From the sequence record OP856590.1: a stretch of 64,000 bases of DNA, one strand, 5' to 3'. A model generated the notes under the pieces. That model saw only the letters and a program-made list of their open reading frames with translations. It made no database searches and was not told the origin of the DNA. Position numbers and translations under genes: made by a program. Below, piece after piece: positions 22,867-32,364 of the stretch (position 1 is its first letter; each line of letters opens with the position of its first letter). Origin of the DNA: Escherichia phage Ec_MI-02.

Positions 22867-23153
22867 TTACGGAATGAAATAAAAGCAGCAACTGAAGCAA
22901 CTAAGCTGTCTTCAATATAAACTTCAATTTTTACCGGAGCTTCTGACTCAAATTTACCTGTTACTACACCTTGGAAAATGCTTTCAGTCTGCTCTGGCTT
23001 TGAAAAATTTTCAGAAGGAAAAATTCCGAACTTTTTATCTGTTCCAAAAATTTTGATAAATTCATCATAAACTGCTTCATTAAAAGCGTTATCAGCAGGA
23101 ATAACGCCTTCAACTACAAGTTCTTGACCTAAAAAGCGTAAAGAAGATTTCAT
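22863..23153 (-). CDS. alt.-3: Hypothetical protein (T4 alt.-3 position)
   Basis: 96-aa ORF downstream of the alt genes. Confidence 0.5.
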   Translation of the reverse strand: MKSSLRFLGQELVVEGVIPADNAFNEAVYDEFIKIFGTDKKFGIFPSENFSKPEQTESIFQGVVTGKFESEAPVKIEVYIEDSLVASVAAFISFRK

Positions 23154-23213
23154 TTTGTGTTCCTCATGTTATGTCAGTAAAACTATTGTAACACAACACG
23201 AGGGACTTGTAAA

Positions 23214-25271
23214 CTACATCTTGAACTTTTTAGACATTCCGTTGATGTTAACCAAAGAAGCCAAGATTTGAGAAACTTCGTTTTCCTCTTCTTTTGATTC
23301 TTCTACAAGGAATTGATTAAACCCAGCCATTGGACGAACTTCACCAGTTTCCATTAGATGATCGCCATCATATACCGATTCTTCTAATTGTTCAGAAGGA
23401 GGAACGATTGTGCCTTCGATTAGATACTTATTATAAGCAGTTTCTTTCATCATGTACGTGCTCACTTTATTAATCTTCAGCAAAATTCCACGCGGTAAAA
23501 TAACTTCAGCTTCTGATGGAAATCCTGATAAATGACCTGGAACGATAACTTTGATTCGCTCAGCCCCTTTAATTACCATACCTACGCTAGTTTCAGCATC
23601 TTCATTAGCATATGCAGAATGACTACCCATATGCATTAAATCTTCAGCATCAACAGAACCTTCTCCTTCACCAGAAAATACTGCGCCGGAATCATCTAGA
23701 GCCATATAGTTTTTACCATGCTCACCGAAGATATTTGGTTTAAGCGATGTTGATACGAAGTTCTTGAAATAGAACATTTTATTTTCAATATTATGACGTA
23801 AAGTTTTAAAAGTAACTTCTTGTCCACGATAAAGCGTAGTTCCCGGAGGAAGAACTGATCCTTTGGCAAAGGCAGAATCCATTGTCTCGATGTGTTTAAT
23901 AGCTCGTTCCATGTATTCTTCACGGGTAGAATCTGGTTTACCCAAGAGGAACGAGTTCATTTCAACATATGAATCTGCACAATAATCTTCGATTACATCA
24001 GACTCAGCCTGAGTCAGTCCTTTTGGAGTTACTTCGGTGCTTGCATATTCATATGCCTGAGCAGCAGATTCATTAATCAATTTATAAATGCCATTCATGA
24101 CAAATTGAATAATAGCTACCTTTTCGTCTGGTGTGGCTTTAGAACCTTTAACTAAATCATTGATAATTTTCTTAATAACATCAAAGCTATTAGAAATATT
24201 AATGTCAGCGAGATCGCTCAAAATTTTATCGGTTTTATAATCAAAAAATTCTTTATTCTTTAAATATTCTTGAGAACCTTGATGTGTTATATCGCTCTGC
24301 AGTCTGATAGACGGATCACGTAAACGTGCATGGGCCAATGCAATATGATTTCGGAAGCTTTCTAGTTCATAATCGCTAGATTTAAAACGAGAAGCACTTC
24401 TCATACCACCGATAGCTCCTTTTCCGAAGTTTGAACCAATCTGAATAACACCAGAGTTCATTGGTCCTTCTGCTTTATATACCGGAACTTTAGATTCAAA
24501 CTCTTGATATTTCTTGGCAGCGAAGCTATCACCCTGAAGCGAAGCATCTACAGTAGAATATTGAGCTTGTGCTGCCAATCGACGACTAATTTTAGTTTTC
24601 TGAATAACAGCTTGATCCGTGCGCTTATCATTTTCTAAAGCAATAGAAGCAGCAACAGCAACAGCTTTAGGAACAGCATTACCTGTTTTAACATCTACAT
24701 AAACATCACCAACCTTTGATTCAACTTTTGTGAATAACTCAGTTGAAATAGGAGGTACACCTGGAATGTCTTCTAAATTGGCATTTTTACGGTAAACCAT
24801 AATATATGCATACTTTTTATCATAATCCCAGATTTCCTTTAAAAGAACATATCGACCTGCTCCTTTAGTACGTACTAAACGGTCAGCAATAACTTGCATT
24901 TGACGAGCAGCTCCATTTGTTTTACTTTTTAGTACGCGGAATAGGCATGCGTCAATTTTATACTGTTTCATTGTTTGAAGAGCAGTATCAAAAACCGCAT
25001 TAATGACACCAATTGGATTTCCACCCAAGTTTTTAAGTTTAACTAATGATAGTTTCTCATTAACACCTATCATTACGATATGCATCATTTTATCGCCTGG
25101 CTTAACGTTTTTATTTGTATCACCACCAGAGGTGTATGTACAAAATCTAAATCCAGGAAGCACACTTTCTTCGCCGGCTTGAATAGCAAAAATTTGAGGT
25201 ATTTTATGCTTAGGATTTAAGTTAACAATCGGCGCCGAAGCGCCGTCAAATAATTCTGTAATAAGTTCCAT
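23214..25271 (-). CDS. Alt-like ADP-ribosyltransferase paralog, full length
   Basis: 685-aa ORF; N-terminal ~230 aa close to Alt incl. MELITE; C-terminal R (TLYRGQ), STS (FVSTSL) and ExE (EAEVILPRG) motifs. Confidence 0.75.
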   Translation of the reverse strand: MELITELFDGASAPIVNLNPKHKIPQIFAIQAGEESVLPGFRFCTYTSGGDTNKNVKPGDKMMHIVMIGVNEKLSLVKLKNLGGNPIGVINAVFDTALQTMKQYKIDACLFRVLKSKTNGAARQMQVIADRLVRTKGAGRYVLLKEIWDYDKKYAYIMVYRKNANLEDIPGVPPISTELFTKVESKVGDVYVDVKTGNAVPKAVAVAASIALENDKRTDQAVIQKTKISRRLAAQAQYSTVDASLQGDSFAAKKYQEFESKVPVYKAEGPMNSGVIQIGSNFGKGAIGGMRSASRFKSSDYELESFRNHIALAHARLRDPSIRLQSDITHQGSQEYLKNKEFFDYKTDKILSDLADINISNSFDVIKKIINDLVKGSKATPDEKVAIIQFVMNGIYKLINESAAQAYEYASTEVTPKGLTQAESDVIEDYCADSYVEMNSFLLGKPDSTREEYMERAIKHIETMDSAFAKGSVLPPGTTLYRGQEVTFKTLRHNIENKMFYFKNFVSTSLKPNIFGEHGKNYMALDDSGAVFSGEGEGSVDAEDLMHMGSHSAYANEDAETSVGMVIKGAERIKVIVPGHLSGFPSEAEVILPRGILLKINKVSTYMMKETAYNKYLIEGTIVPPSEQLEESVYDGDHLMETGEVRPMAGFNQFLVEESKEEENEVSQILASLVNINGMSKKFKM

Positions 25272-25274
25272 GAT

Positions 25275-27329
25275 TTATCCTTGAACGAACTTGTAAGGCA
25301 TGTTTGCAATATCTATGCAAGATGCAATAATTCCAAGAGATGATTCTACTTTTTGTTTAACATTTGATGAAACAAATGATGCAAAATCAACTCTGTCTTC
25401 TATTTCAATATCACCTGTCATTGCAACTACTTCACCGGTTTCCATTAGACGGTCACCGTCATAAATTACTGATTCGGTGAGTTCTTCTGTAGTCATAACT
25501 TCAGCTTGAATAAGCTTGTTGTTAGTTTTAGCTGTTCCATCATTGTAAGATGCGTCGGTTATTTTATTGACTTTGACCATCAATCCACGCGGCAAAATGA
25601 CTTCCATTTCATTTGAAGGCGCTAAACTTCCACCTGGTAAAACAACGTTGACTTTATCAGCCCCAGTAATAACCCATCCAATTCCAACTAAATTATCGCT
25701 AGAATTAACAAGTCCTTCATCGTTTTTATCGATAGAAATGTTTAGACGCTTTTCGTCTGGTAAAACACCCACAGCTGAATCAGTCATCCAAGTACCAAAA
25801 ATGTTTGGATATAATGATGTTGATACAAAATTTCTAAAATAAAAAACTCGATTTTTTACCAATGCTTCATATATTGAAGGTAACATTCGCTGTGAACGAT
25901 ATAAAGTAATACCTTTTGGCAGTCGATCACCATTTTTAAAGGCTGAATCTAAATTATCGATGGCTTGTTCTATTTCTGGTGCTGTTAAAATACTTGTACG
26001 CTCATCTGGATTATATAATCCCAAAAGAGCATTATTCATGTCTACATATCCTGAACCTACGTATTCACGAATTCCGCGTTTTTGTGCCGGTGTGTATTTA
26101 GATGAATCTTTATTTTCGACTATAGAATGCAATGACCATCCAACGGTAAGAGCATATCCACGTAATTCTCTTCGAATAATCTTTGTTTTTATTGCATTCC
26201 AAGAATTTTGCACTAACTCATTCGCAGCATCTTGATTTAAATGCGAATGCTTGTTAATATTTCTTTCTAACCAAGCACCTTTATATTTTTCTAAAGTATC
26301 ATCAACTATAGAAGCAATAGTTTCTAAAGTTTTTATTGAAGTAATAGATTCTTTTCGTAATCTTTCTAAAGCTTTATTTTTTATTTCTGCATTAACATCA
26401 GATTCTTTATCTTCAGGAATTATAGAAGCTTCTCTGAATGCCATTCCAGCTGTAACACTATTAAGAGCATTCTCTAATGCAAATCCTGAAGTAGAAATAA
26501 CAGTTAATTCGTTAGCATCAGAAATTAAAGGCGCGTCAGCGGGTTTATTTAATTCTGCTGCTGAAGCCTCAAATTTTTGAAACATTGGTGTTTCAAATCT
26601 AGAAGATTCTAACGATTGACTTTGTGCAATTGCTCTACGGGAAATTTTAACTTTAACGATTACAGCTTGATCAGAACGTTTATCGTTTTCTTGCGCAATA
26701 GATGCTGCAATTGCCTCATTTTTAGTTACTTGAGCTCCAGTATCTTTATTGATATAAACATCACCGACCTTCGATTCAACTTTAGTAAAGAGCTCGGTAC
26801 TAATTTCCGGAACTCCTGGAATGTCTTCTAATGATACATTTTTGCGATGTATAAGAATATATGCGTACTTTTTATCGTAATCCCAGAGTTCCTTAAGAAG
26901 GACGTATCTGCCACCTGAACGACTGCGGATAAGTCTATCAGCAATAAGTTGAATTTGACGAGCTTGACCAGCAGTTTTAGACTTAAGAATACGGAGCATA
27001 CAGGCATCAATTTTATACTGACGCATCGTCTGCATCGCAACAGTAAAAACTGAATTGATGTAATTAATTGGGCTTGGACCGAGACCTTTTAATTTAGCAA
27101 TTGAACCTTTGGCAGTTAATGTAAAAGGAACAATATGCATCATTTTATCGCCCATCTTTAAATCGCGATTAGTATCACCTCCAGATGTATAAGTACATAA
27201 ACGAAAGCCTGGTTGTTCAATTGCGTCATCAACATGAACTGAAAAAATTTGCGGTATTTTCTTCTTTGGATTTAAGTTTGTAATCGGAAGAGTAGTATCT
27301 TCGTCAAATAATTCTGTAATAAGTTCCAT
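25275..27329 (-). CDS. alt: Alt ADP-ribosyltransferase (head-packaged, injected)
   Basis: Table ORF has two N-terminal ATGs; second (27327-27329) has better SD spacing; R/STS/ExE motifs (TLYRSQ, FVSTSL, EMEVILPRG); TATAAATA upstream. Confidence 0.85.
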   Translation of the reverse strand: MELITELFDEDTTLPITNLNPKKKIPQIFSVHVDDAIEQPGFRLCTYTSGGDTNRDLKMGDKMMHIVPFTLTAKGSIAKLKGLGPSPINYINSVFTVAMQTMRQYKIDACMLRILKSKTAGQARQIQLIADRLIRSRSGGRYVLLKELWDYDKKYAYILIHRKNVSLEDIPGVPEISTELFTKVESKVGDVYINKDTGAQVTKNEAIAASIAQENDKRSDQAVIVKVKISRRAIAQSQSLESSRFETPMFQKFEASAAELNKPADAPLISDANELTVISTSGFALENALNSVTAGMAFREASIIPEDKESDVNAEIKNKALERLRKESITSIKTLETIASIVDDTLEKYKGAWLERNINKHSHLNQDAANELVQNSWNAIKTKIIRRELRGYALTVGWSLHSIVENKDSSKYTPAQKRGIREYVGSGYVDMNNALLGLYNPDERTSILTAPEIEQAIDNLDSAFKNGDRLPKGITLYRSQRMLPSIYEALVKNRVFYFRNFVSTSLYPNIFGTWMTDSAVGVLPDEKRLNISIDKNDEGLVNSSDNLVGIGWVITGADKVNVVLPGGSLAPSNEMEVILPRGLMVKVNKITDASYNDGTAKTNNKLIQAEVMTTEELTESVIYDGDRLMETGEVVAMTGDIEIEDRVDFASFVSSNVKQKVESSLGIIASCIDIANMPYKFVQG

Positions 27330-27352
27330 CATATCCTCTCTAGTGTTTATTC

Positions 27353-27360
27353 TATTTATA
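27353..27360 (-). promoter_or_regulatory. Late promoter TATAAATA upstream of alt
   Basis: Reverse complement TATTTATA; 24 nt upstream of alt ATG. Confidence 0.55.
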
Positions 27361-27365
27361 AAATT

Positions 27366-27383
27366 AAAGGCCCGAAGGCCTTT
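27366..27383. terminator. Hairpin between ligase-proximal ORF and alt promoter
   Basis: AAAGGCC-CGAA-GGCCTTT. Confidence 0.45.
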
Positions 27384-27570
27384 AATAATCTATTGGTAAG
27401 AGAGTACGGTATATTTCAAACTTTGGACCTTTTTCATAGGCATCAAATGTTTCTGTGAATTTATTATAAGCATATGCATCTATAAATTCAATCATAATTT
27501 GTGATACAGAAGTAGAAACATCTCCACCTTCTTTTTGAGCCACGACAATTGTTTCTAAATAAGCTTTCAT
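27382..27570 (-). CDS. Hypothetical small protein between ligase and alt
   Basis: 62-aa ORF, ATGA overlap with ligase stop. Confidence 0.5.
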   Translation of the reverse strand: MKAYLETIVVAQKEGGDVSTSVSQIMIEFIDAYAYNKFTETFDAYEKGPKFEIYRTLLPIDY

Positions 27571-29030
27571 AGACCAGTTACCTCATGAAAATCACCAAAT
27601 ACATCCTCGAATGTATTAGCTTTAGTTTTATCTTCACGTAAACGAATCGCAATTGGAAGAAATAATTTAACGTAATCGGTGCGGCCATCAGATTTTAACC
27701 AACCATTACATTCGCATTCTAGAATTTTTCCAATATAATAATTTTGGTTTTCCATAATGCGAGTACGGTCAAGTTCATGCGATTTTACACCGGCTTTATC
27801 TTTTAAACCTGAACCAGCATTTACTTTAATTTTTCCACATTCTGATTCAAGAATAAATCCACCCGCTTTAGTAGGGTCTTTACGGTGAGGATAAATTCCT
27901 ACAATTTTTAAATCAACATCAATTACTTCTTTAAATTTATAGAGATTTTTTGAACGAGCATTTTCCCATAATCCATCGATATTTTTGAGAATAATACCTT
28001 CAAGACCTTGGTCAATATACTTTTTATAAATTACCTTAGCTTCATCTAGGTTATTTACTATCTGGTTTTCAATTAAAATTACTTTATCATATCCTGATGT
28101 CATTTGTTCTAGTTTAGAAAAACGTACATCATATTTTAAACGAAACGCTGGAAGACCGTATATTTCTACCAACGGGACATAATCCCAGACCTGAAACTTC
28201 ATGCATTGAGCTTCTTTTTCAGAAATGGTTCCCTTTAAAGATTTATTGGCGATTCCATTAGAAGTAGTACGAGATTCCGCTACTTCGGCGAATTCTTTAG
28301 CTTTACTAATTTCAGGATAAGCATCAAAAAGAAAATCTAGGCCTTCTGGTTCCTTTTTAACTTGCTCATGGTATACCAATTCGCCATCAATTAACACACC
28401 TTCTGGATGAATCTGGCGGGCTTCAGCAGTCATTTTGATTAATTCTTCCTTAAGAAGATCTAATCCTAGATATTCATTACCAGCTCGTGATAAAAGACGA
28501 ACATCATCTAATTCATCGCCTCGGACTTCAGCAAAACACCGGGCTCCATCTGCTTTTAACTGTGCAAAGGCTGGAAATTTGATATTCTTACTAATGCCTT
28601 TTTCATCATAAGAACTTGCCAGCATTTGAGGTTGTTCAGGAATTAAACCTGGCCAAACTTTGTTTGCAATAGATACTGAAGCACCGCATTCAAGGTCTCG
28701 CATCATCACTCGACGCAAAACTTCAACATCATCCTTTTTACCATCAGTGATATATCCAGTTAATTCCTCAATTGCCGCATTTCCAGTCAATTTCCGAGTA
28801 GCTAACGTGAATTCAATGAAGTCAAGCATATCGGTAATAGTCAGCATTCCAAAACTCTGGGTAGCAATACCAGGCTTAGGCCATTTCTTGATATAATACT
28901 GTAACCCACGAGAATAAGTCAGACGATATACTCGTTTAAGCAATTCGTTATCTTTATTCTTTTCAAGAATTGCTTGCTTCTGCTTAGTTGATCCAATAGA
29001 TGCTATTTCATTCAGAATTTTAAGAATCAT
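27567..29030 (-). CDS. 30: ATP-dependent DNA ligase
   Basis: 487-aa ORF (T4 ligase length); adenylation motif KADGAR; N-terminus MILKILNEIASIGSTKQKQ. Confidence 0.95.
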   Translation of the reverse strand: MILKILNEIASIGSTKQKQAILEKNKDNELLKRVYRLTYSRGLQYYIKKWPKPGIATQSFGMLTITDMLDFIEFTLATRKLTGNAAIEELTGYITDGKKDDVEVLRRVMMRDLECGASVSIANKVWPGLIPEQPQMLASSYDEKGISKNIKFPAFAQLKADGARCFAEVRGDELDDVRLLSRAGNEYLGLDLLKEELIKMTAEARQIHPEGVLIDGELVYHEQVKKEPEGLDFLFDAYPEISKAKEFAEVAESRTTSNGIANKSLKGTISEKEAQCMKFQVWDYVPLVEIYGLPAFRLKYDVRFSKLEQMTSGYDKVILIENQIVNNLDEAKVIYKKYIDQGLEGIILKNIDGLWENARSKNLYKFKEVIDVDLKIVGIYPHRKDPTKAGGFILESECGKIKVNAGSGLKDKAGVKSHELDRTRIMENQNYYIGKILECECNGWLKSDGRTDYVKLFLPIAIRLREDKTKANTFEDVFGDFHEVTGL

Positions 29031-29296
29031 TGTTCATCCTTCAGAGTTTGATTTACATTTCTATTATAAATCAATTCATCATTAAGCTCAGGCAAAGACT
29101 TGTGATATGTAGTTCTAACTTTATTTCCTTGCATCCAGTGCTTGACGTAAATGAAACCTTGCTCTACACATTTTTTAAAAATTCGTTCGTCTTTTTGAGC
29201 TCGGAATTCTGGATTGCATCTAAAAAATTGATTTACGTGACCGTAATCACGTGTAGTATTACCTTCATTTTCATAAATAGTATGAACAACAAACAT
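29027..29296 (-). CDS. 30.1: Hypothetical protein (T4 30.1 position)
   Basis: 89-aa ORF, ATGA/TAATG coupling on both sides. Confidence 0.55.
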   Translation of the reverse strand: MFVVHTIYENEGNTTRDYGHVNQFFRCNPEFRAQKDERIFKKCVEQGFIYVKHWMQGNKVRTTYHKSLPELNDELIYNRNVNQTLKDEQ

Positions 29297-30135
29297 TAGA
29301 ATGCTCCTTGGAAAATATTATCACCACAAGTAGGTCTATTATACAAATACTCTATACCACCAGGTTTAATATAGTTCCATGTCTGAAATGGATGTGTCTG
29401 ATATGGATGATATAGATGATTATAAGGATTAAATCCAGGCGTTCTCCAGGTAGTGTTCCAAGGAAAAGAATCGTTTTTAACCATCTTCTCAATTAAATCT
29501 TTTATAGCTTTTTCACTATCAAAACTTTCTTTATTTTCCTTTGGTGAAAAAAGCTTATTTTCTATATCATTCCATGTATAAACTCGCTGGGCAGTTTTTG
29601 GAATATTGTCACGCTCTCCTCGAGCCATCCAATACACAGGAACATTTAATATTTCACTCGCATGATCGCAATGGTGAGCGAGATCGTCAATATAACAAAT
29701 TACGCTATATTTCTCTTTTGCCTTTTTGAACAACTCTTCTTTTGAAGAATCATGAACACACATCATTACTTCTGAGAAGGCACCAGGAAAAAGAGCATTC
29801 AAATTAAATTGACGATTCAACAGAGCGTCAATAGAATCACCCAATGCTGTGACAGCTACAAAATTATAATCTTCTTTTAATTTGTTAATTACACACAGGG
29901 CATCTTTATATGGAGACAAGTAACGAATAAAATCTGATCGATTGTATTTTTCAATTAGCTTGACACCGAGTTCTTCATCACAATTAAAGAGTTTACCCGG
30001 AGAAATAAATTTCTCATCTTGGATCATTTTTAAAATATGTTCTAACGGAAGATTATATTTCTGAGCAAAATAAGGAAGGCCTGATTGCCAGCTTAAACAT
30101 ACTCCATCAATATCAGTTAAAATAGTAGGCTTCAT
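29296..30135 (-). CDS. 30.2: HAD-like hydrolase-fold protein (T4 30.2 position)
   Basis: 279-aa ORF; N-terminal LTDIDGV matches HAD motif I (DxDx[TV]). Confidence 0.7.
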   Translation of the reverse strand: MKPTILTDIDGVCLSWQSGLPYFAQKYNLPLEHILKMIQDEKFISPGKLFNCDEELGVKLIEKYNRSDFIRYLSPYKDALCVINKLKEDYNFVAVTALGDSIDALLNRQFNLNALFPGAFSEVMMCVHDSSKEELFKKAKEKYSVICYIDDLAHHCDHASEILNVPVYWMARGERDNIPKTAQRVYTWNDIENKLFSPKENKESFDSEKAIKDLIEKMVKNDSFPWNTTWRTPGFNPYNHLYHPYQTHPFQTWNYIKPGGIEYLYNRPTCGDNIFQGAF

Positions 30136-30590
30136 AGAGAGTCTCTTAATAGGTTTAACACATCAATAAATTCAGCTTCGGTTAATATTGTATCATCTTT
30201 TGTTAGACCATTAGCCATGCTGTGCTTCAAAACTTTTCCTTTCGAGGCTTGTAATGCATCACGAAAGCCCTTGTTTTGGAACGCTGCTTCAAAATATGCA
30301 TTTGTATATAATTCTTTCCACGCTGGAGAGTATCTTGAAAACGGAACTCCAAGCCAGAAGAGGGTCCCACGGTCCTGAGCTCTAGCATAAGACCTTCCAG
30401 CTTGTTGGGCGGCAAGCCCGGATAACCCAAATATACGACGTTGTTGTTCAATATTTTTCACCTTACACCCTTGGAGGAATCCTTCGAGACCTCCAAATTG
30501 GATACCATCCATAACAAAAGGCCATTGGGCGAAATTACTTAATGCGCATGATGGCCATCTAAAATTGCTTCTAATCTCTAACTCAGACAT
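30132..30590 (-). CDS. 30.3: NADAR/YbiA-like (DUF1768) protein (T4 30.3 position)
   Basis: Table ORF starts at TTG; ATG 30588-30590 gives 152 aa; motif CALSNFAQWPFVMDG resembles the NADAR signature. Confidence 0.65.
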   Translation of the reverse strand: MSELEIRSNFRWPSCALSNFAQWPFVMDGIQFGGLEGFLQGCKVKNIEQQRRIFGLSGLAAQQAGRSYARAQDRGTLFWLGVPFSRYSPAWKELYTNAYFEAAFQNKGFRDALQASKGKVLKHSMANGLTKDDTILTEAEFIDVLNLLRDSL

Positions 30591-30789
30591 TTTCAATACT
30601 TATAATTTCAACATCAGCCCAATGACCATAGCAAGGAAGACGAAATTCAACTGGCCAGTTAGGGTCCTTTTCTAATATAATAGACTGTACTTGTGGCTCT
30701 TCATATTCATCGGTATACGGACCTTTATACGTTACTTTATATGTGACCTTAATGTACTGAATTCCAAAAATCTTATTAATTATATTCAT
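30583..30789 (-). CDS. 30.4: Hypothetical protein (30.4 position)
   Basis: 68-aa ORF, 8-nt overlap with 30.3 start. Confidence 0.5.
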   Translation of the reverse strand: MNIINKIFGIQYIKVTYKVTYKGPYTDEYEEPQVQSIILEKDPNWPVEFRLPCYGHWADVEIISIENV

Positions 30790-30983
30790 ACTAATTCCTT
30801 TAATCCGTAAATAGGAGATAATTCATCGCCCATACGAAGGTCTTCATTTCCATCTACCCAGGAAACAATATAAGCCTCTTTTATTTGAATACCACTCCAT
30901 TTAAATGGAGGTAGAACCTTAGAAATTAATCCAGGTATACCAACTCCCTTTAATTCAACAGTTTGACCTAAAAAGAATTTCAT
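30786..30983 (-). CDS. 30.5: Hypothetical protein (30.5 position)
   Basis: 65-aa ORF, ATGA-type overlap. Confidence 0.5.
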   Translation of the reverse strand: MKFFLGQTVELKGVGIPGLISKVLPPFKWSGIQIKEAYIVSWVDGNEDLRMGDELSPIYGLKELV

Positions 30984-31270
30984 TAGAACCTCATCTGAAA
31001 GCCATGCGATTTAACATTACCGCCGCCAATATCAGAAATATTAATTTCACGCGCAATTGAAGGGTCAATGTCAATTTCACGATTGAGTTTAGTGATAGCT
31101 AAAGTATCGCGCCCATTTACAGTACGGAACTCTAAAGGACATACTACATTAACGTAGTTTTTAATCGATTCGCTGGTAGGTTGCAAATGAGCAGGAAGGT
31201 CTTTAGGCGCTTTAGAGAAAACCACTTCACAGAAATTTTTGCGGGTGTCAAAATAAGTAGTCATAAACAT
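30983..31270 (-). CDS. 30.6: Hypothetical protein (30.6 position)
   Basis: Table ORF 112 aa from 31321, but a GC hairpin lies inside that extension; ATG 31268-31270 after GAGGAAAA gives 95 aa. Confidence 0.5.
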   Translation of the reverse strand: MFMTTYFDTRKNFCEVVFSKAPKDLPAHLQPTSESIKNYVNVVCPLEFRTVNGRDTLAITKLNREIDIDPSIAREINISDIGGGNVKSHGFQMRF

Positions 31271-31310
31271 AGTATTTTCCTCAGTAAGGGGCCGAAGCCC
31301 CTGTTTTATT

Positions 31311-31676
31311 TTAAATATCAAATTCGTTAAGAACTACATCAAAGATTGCTTCAAGATGCTCAGGTTTAGCTCTGTTACTCAGAATATGACGAATCCAAGT
31401 TTTAACCAGAAGCTTGCGATTAACGCCATTCCAGCAAGGATGAGTCCCTAAATCGCGTTGACGAAAATCATCATCCAAAGCGATTTTGAAGTTGGAACCT
31501 TCCATTGTGATTGAAACCGTGATGCCATTTTCAAATCGCATATAAACGTAGTTAGGAGTCATATACTGTTCAATTTCGCATACTGATCCATTTTGATGTT
31601 TCCAAAGGCAAATAGTATCAATAGAACCTGCAATACCGTTAGAAACATATTTACGTTCAAAGTTGATGTAGTTCAT
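31311..31676 (-). CDS. 30.7: Hypothetical protein (30.7 position)
   Basis: 121-aa ORF; early promoter in inverted repeat upstream. Confidence 0.55.
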   Translation of the reverse strand: MNYINFERKYVSNGIAGSIDTICLWKHQNGSVCEIEQYMTPNYVYMRFENGITVSITMEGSNFKIALDDDFRQRDLGTHPCWNGVNRKLLVKTWIRHILSNRAKPEHLEAIFDVVLNEFDI

Positions 31677-31702
31677 TTTTATTCTCCGAGATGTTTAATT
31701 GC

Positions 31703-31742
31703 GGTACAGGTATATAATATCATATCCTGTACCAAAGTAAAC
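31703..31742 (-). promoter_or_regulatory. Early promoter for 30.7 embedded in 8-bp inverted repeat
   Basis: On - strand GTTTAC-17 nt-TATTAT with TG extension; GGTACAGG 31703-31710 / CCTGTACC 31726-31733 flank the -10. Confidence 0.5.
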
Positions 31743-31744
31743 AA

Positions 31745-32077
31745 TTATTTTACTACTTTCCAGTGCTGCATGTCAAGTTTACCAACTTTTTTCATCTTCT
31801 CAATTAAGCGTTCTGCGCGTTGGCGAGCTGTAACATAATGCCATTCACCTAATTCATTTTGTTCAATTTTTCCAACGATTACTGTATTCAATTCATAAAT
31901 CCAACCAGTAAAGAAATTATGAACTTGAATTGTAAAGGTGAAATCTGTTCCCATACCTTCTGTTGTTTCTACTTCAATAATATCACCTTCAACTGCCATT
32001 AAGAACCACATAGTTTCATCATATTTACCATTGAAGCATTTAGTTTTAACTGTAGCGTTCAGATTAATCGTTTTCAT
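31745..32077 (-). CDS. 30.8: Hypothetical protein (30.8 position)
   Basis: 110-aa ORF, SD AAGGAG, GTTTAC-type promoter upstream. Confidence 0.55.
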   Translation of the reverse strand: MKTINLNATVKTKCFNGKYDETMWFLMAVEGDIIEVETTEGMGTDFTFTIQVHNFFTGWIYELNTVIVGKIEQNELGEWHYVTARQRAERLIEKMKKVGKLDMQHWKVVK

Positions 32078-32104
32078 TTTATTCTCCTTTGTTTGTGTAA
32101 GATA

Positions 32105-32134
32105 ATACTATCACAAAGGAACCATACTGTAAAC
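32105..32134 (-). promoter_or_regulatory. Early promoter upstream of 30.8
   Basis: On - strand GTTTAC-18 nt-TAGTAT with TG extension. Confidence 0.45.
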
Positions 32135-32163
32135 AACTTTGTGCAATCTTTGGAAAATAAAAA

Positions 32164-32183
32164 AGGACTCCCGAAGGAGTCCT
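32164..32183 (-). terminator. Terminator downstream of 30.9
   Basis: AGGACTCC-CGAA-GGAGTCCT then U-run on - strand. Confidence 0.65.
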
Positions 32184-32187
32184 CAAC

Positions 32188-32364
32188 TTATGCTTTCTGC
32201 TTACCAAAACGAGAAGCATCATCTCGAAGAACCGCACGTGCTCGGCGCATGATCTTCTCAACAGTTTGATTGATACGAGAGTTCGACCCACGCTTGTAAC
32301 CAGCGCGTTTAGAATCACCAACTTTCTTTTCAACTGCTTTCTTTGCTTTAGCTTGTTTTGCCAT
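32188..32364 (-). CDS. 30.9: Small basic lysine-rich protein (30.9 position)
   Basis: Table ORF starts 32406 with SD too close; ATG 32362-32364 gives MAKQAKAKKAVEKK..., 58 aa; terminator hairpin downstream. Confidence 0.5.
   Translation of the reverse strand: MAKQAKAKKAVEKKVGDSKRAGYKRGSNSRINQTVEKIMRRARAVLRDDASRFGKQKA

Noticed and set aside
25567-27040. String of + strand ORFs (25567, 25960, 26251, 26616) and 26828-27040 on - inside alt
   Set aside because: Shadow ORFs within the alt coding region; alt is continuous and motif-complete on the - strand.
30227-30451. 74-aa ORF embedded out of frame inside 30.3
   Set aside because: No ATG start (begins TTG) and no SD; T4 annotations list a 30.3' ORF here, but this sequence gives no independent support.
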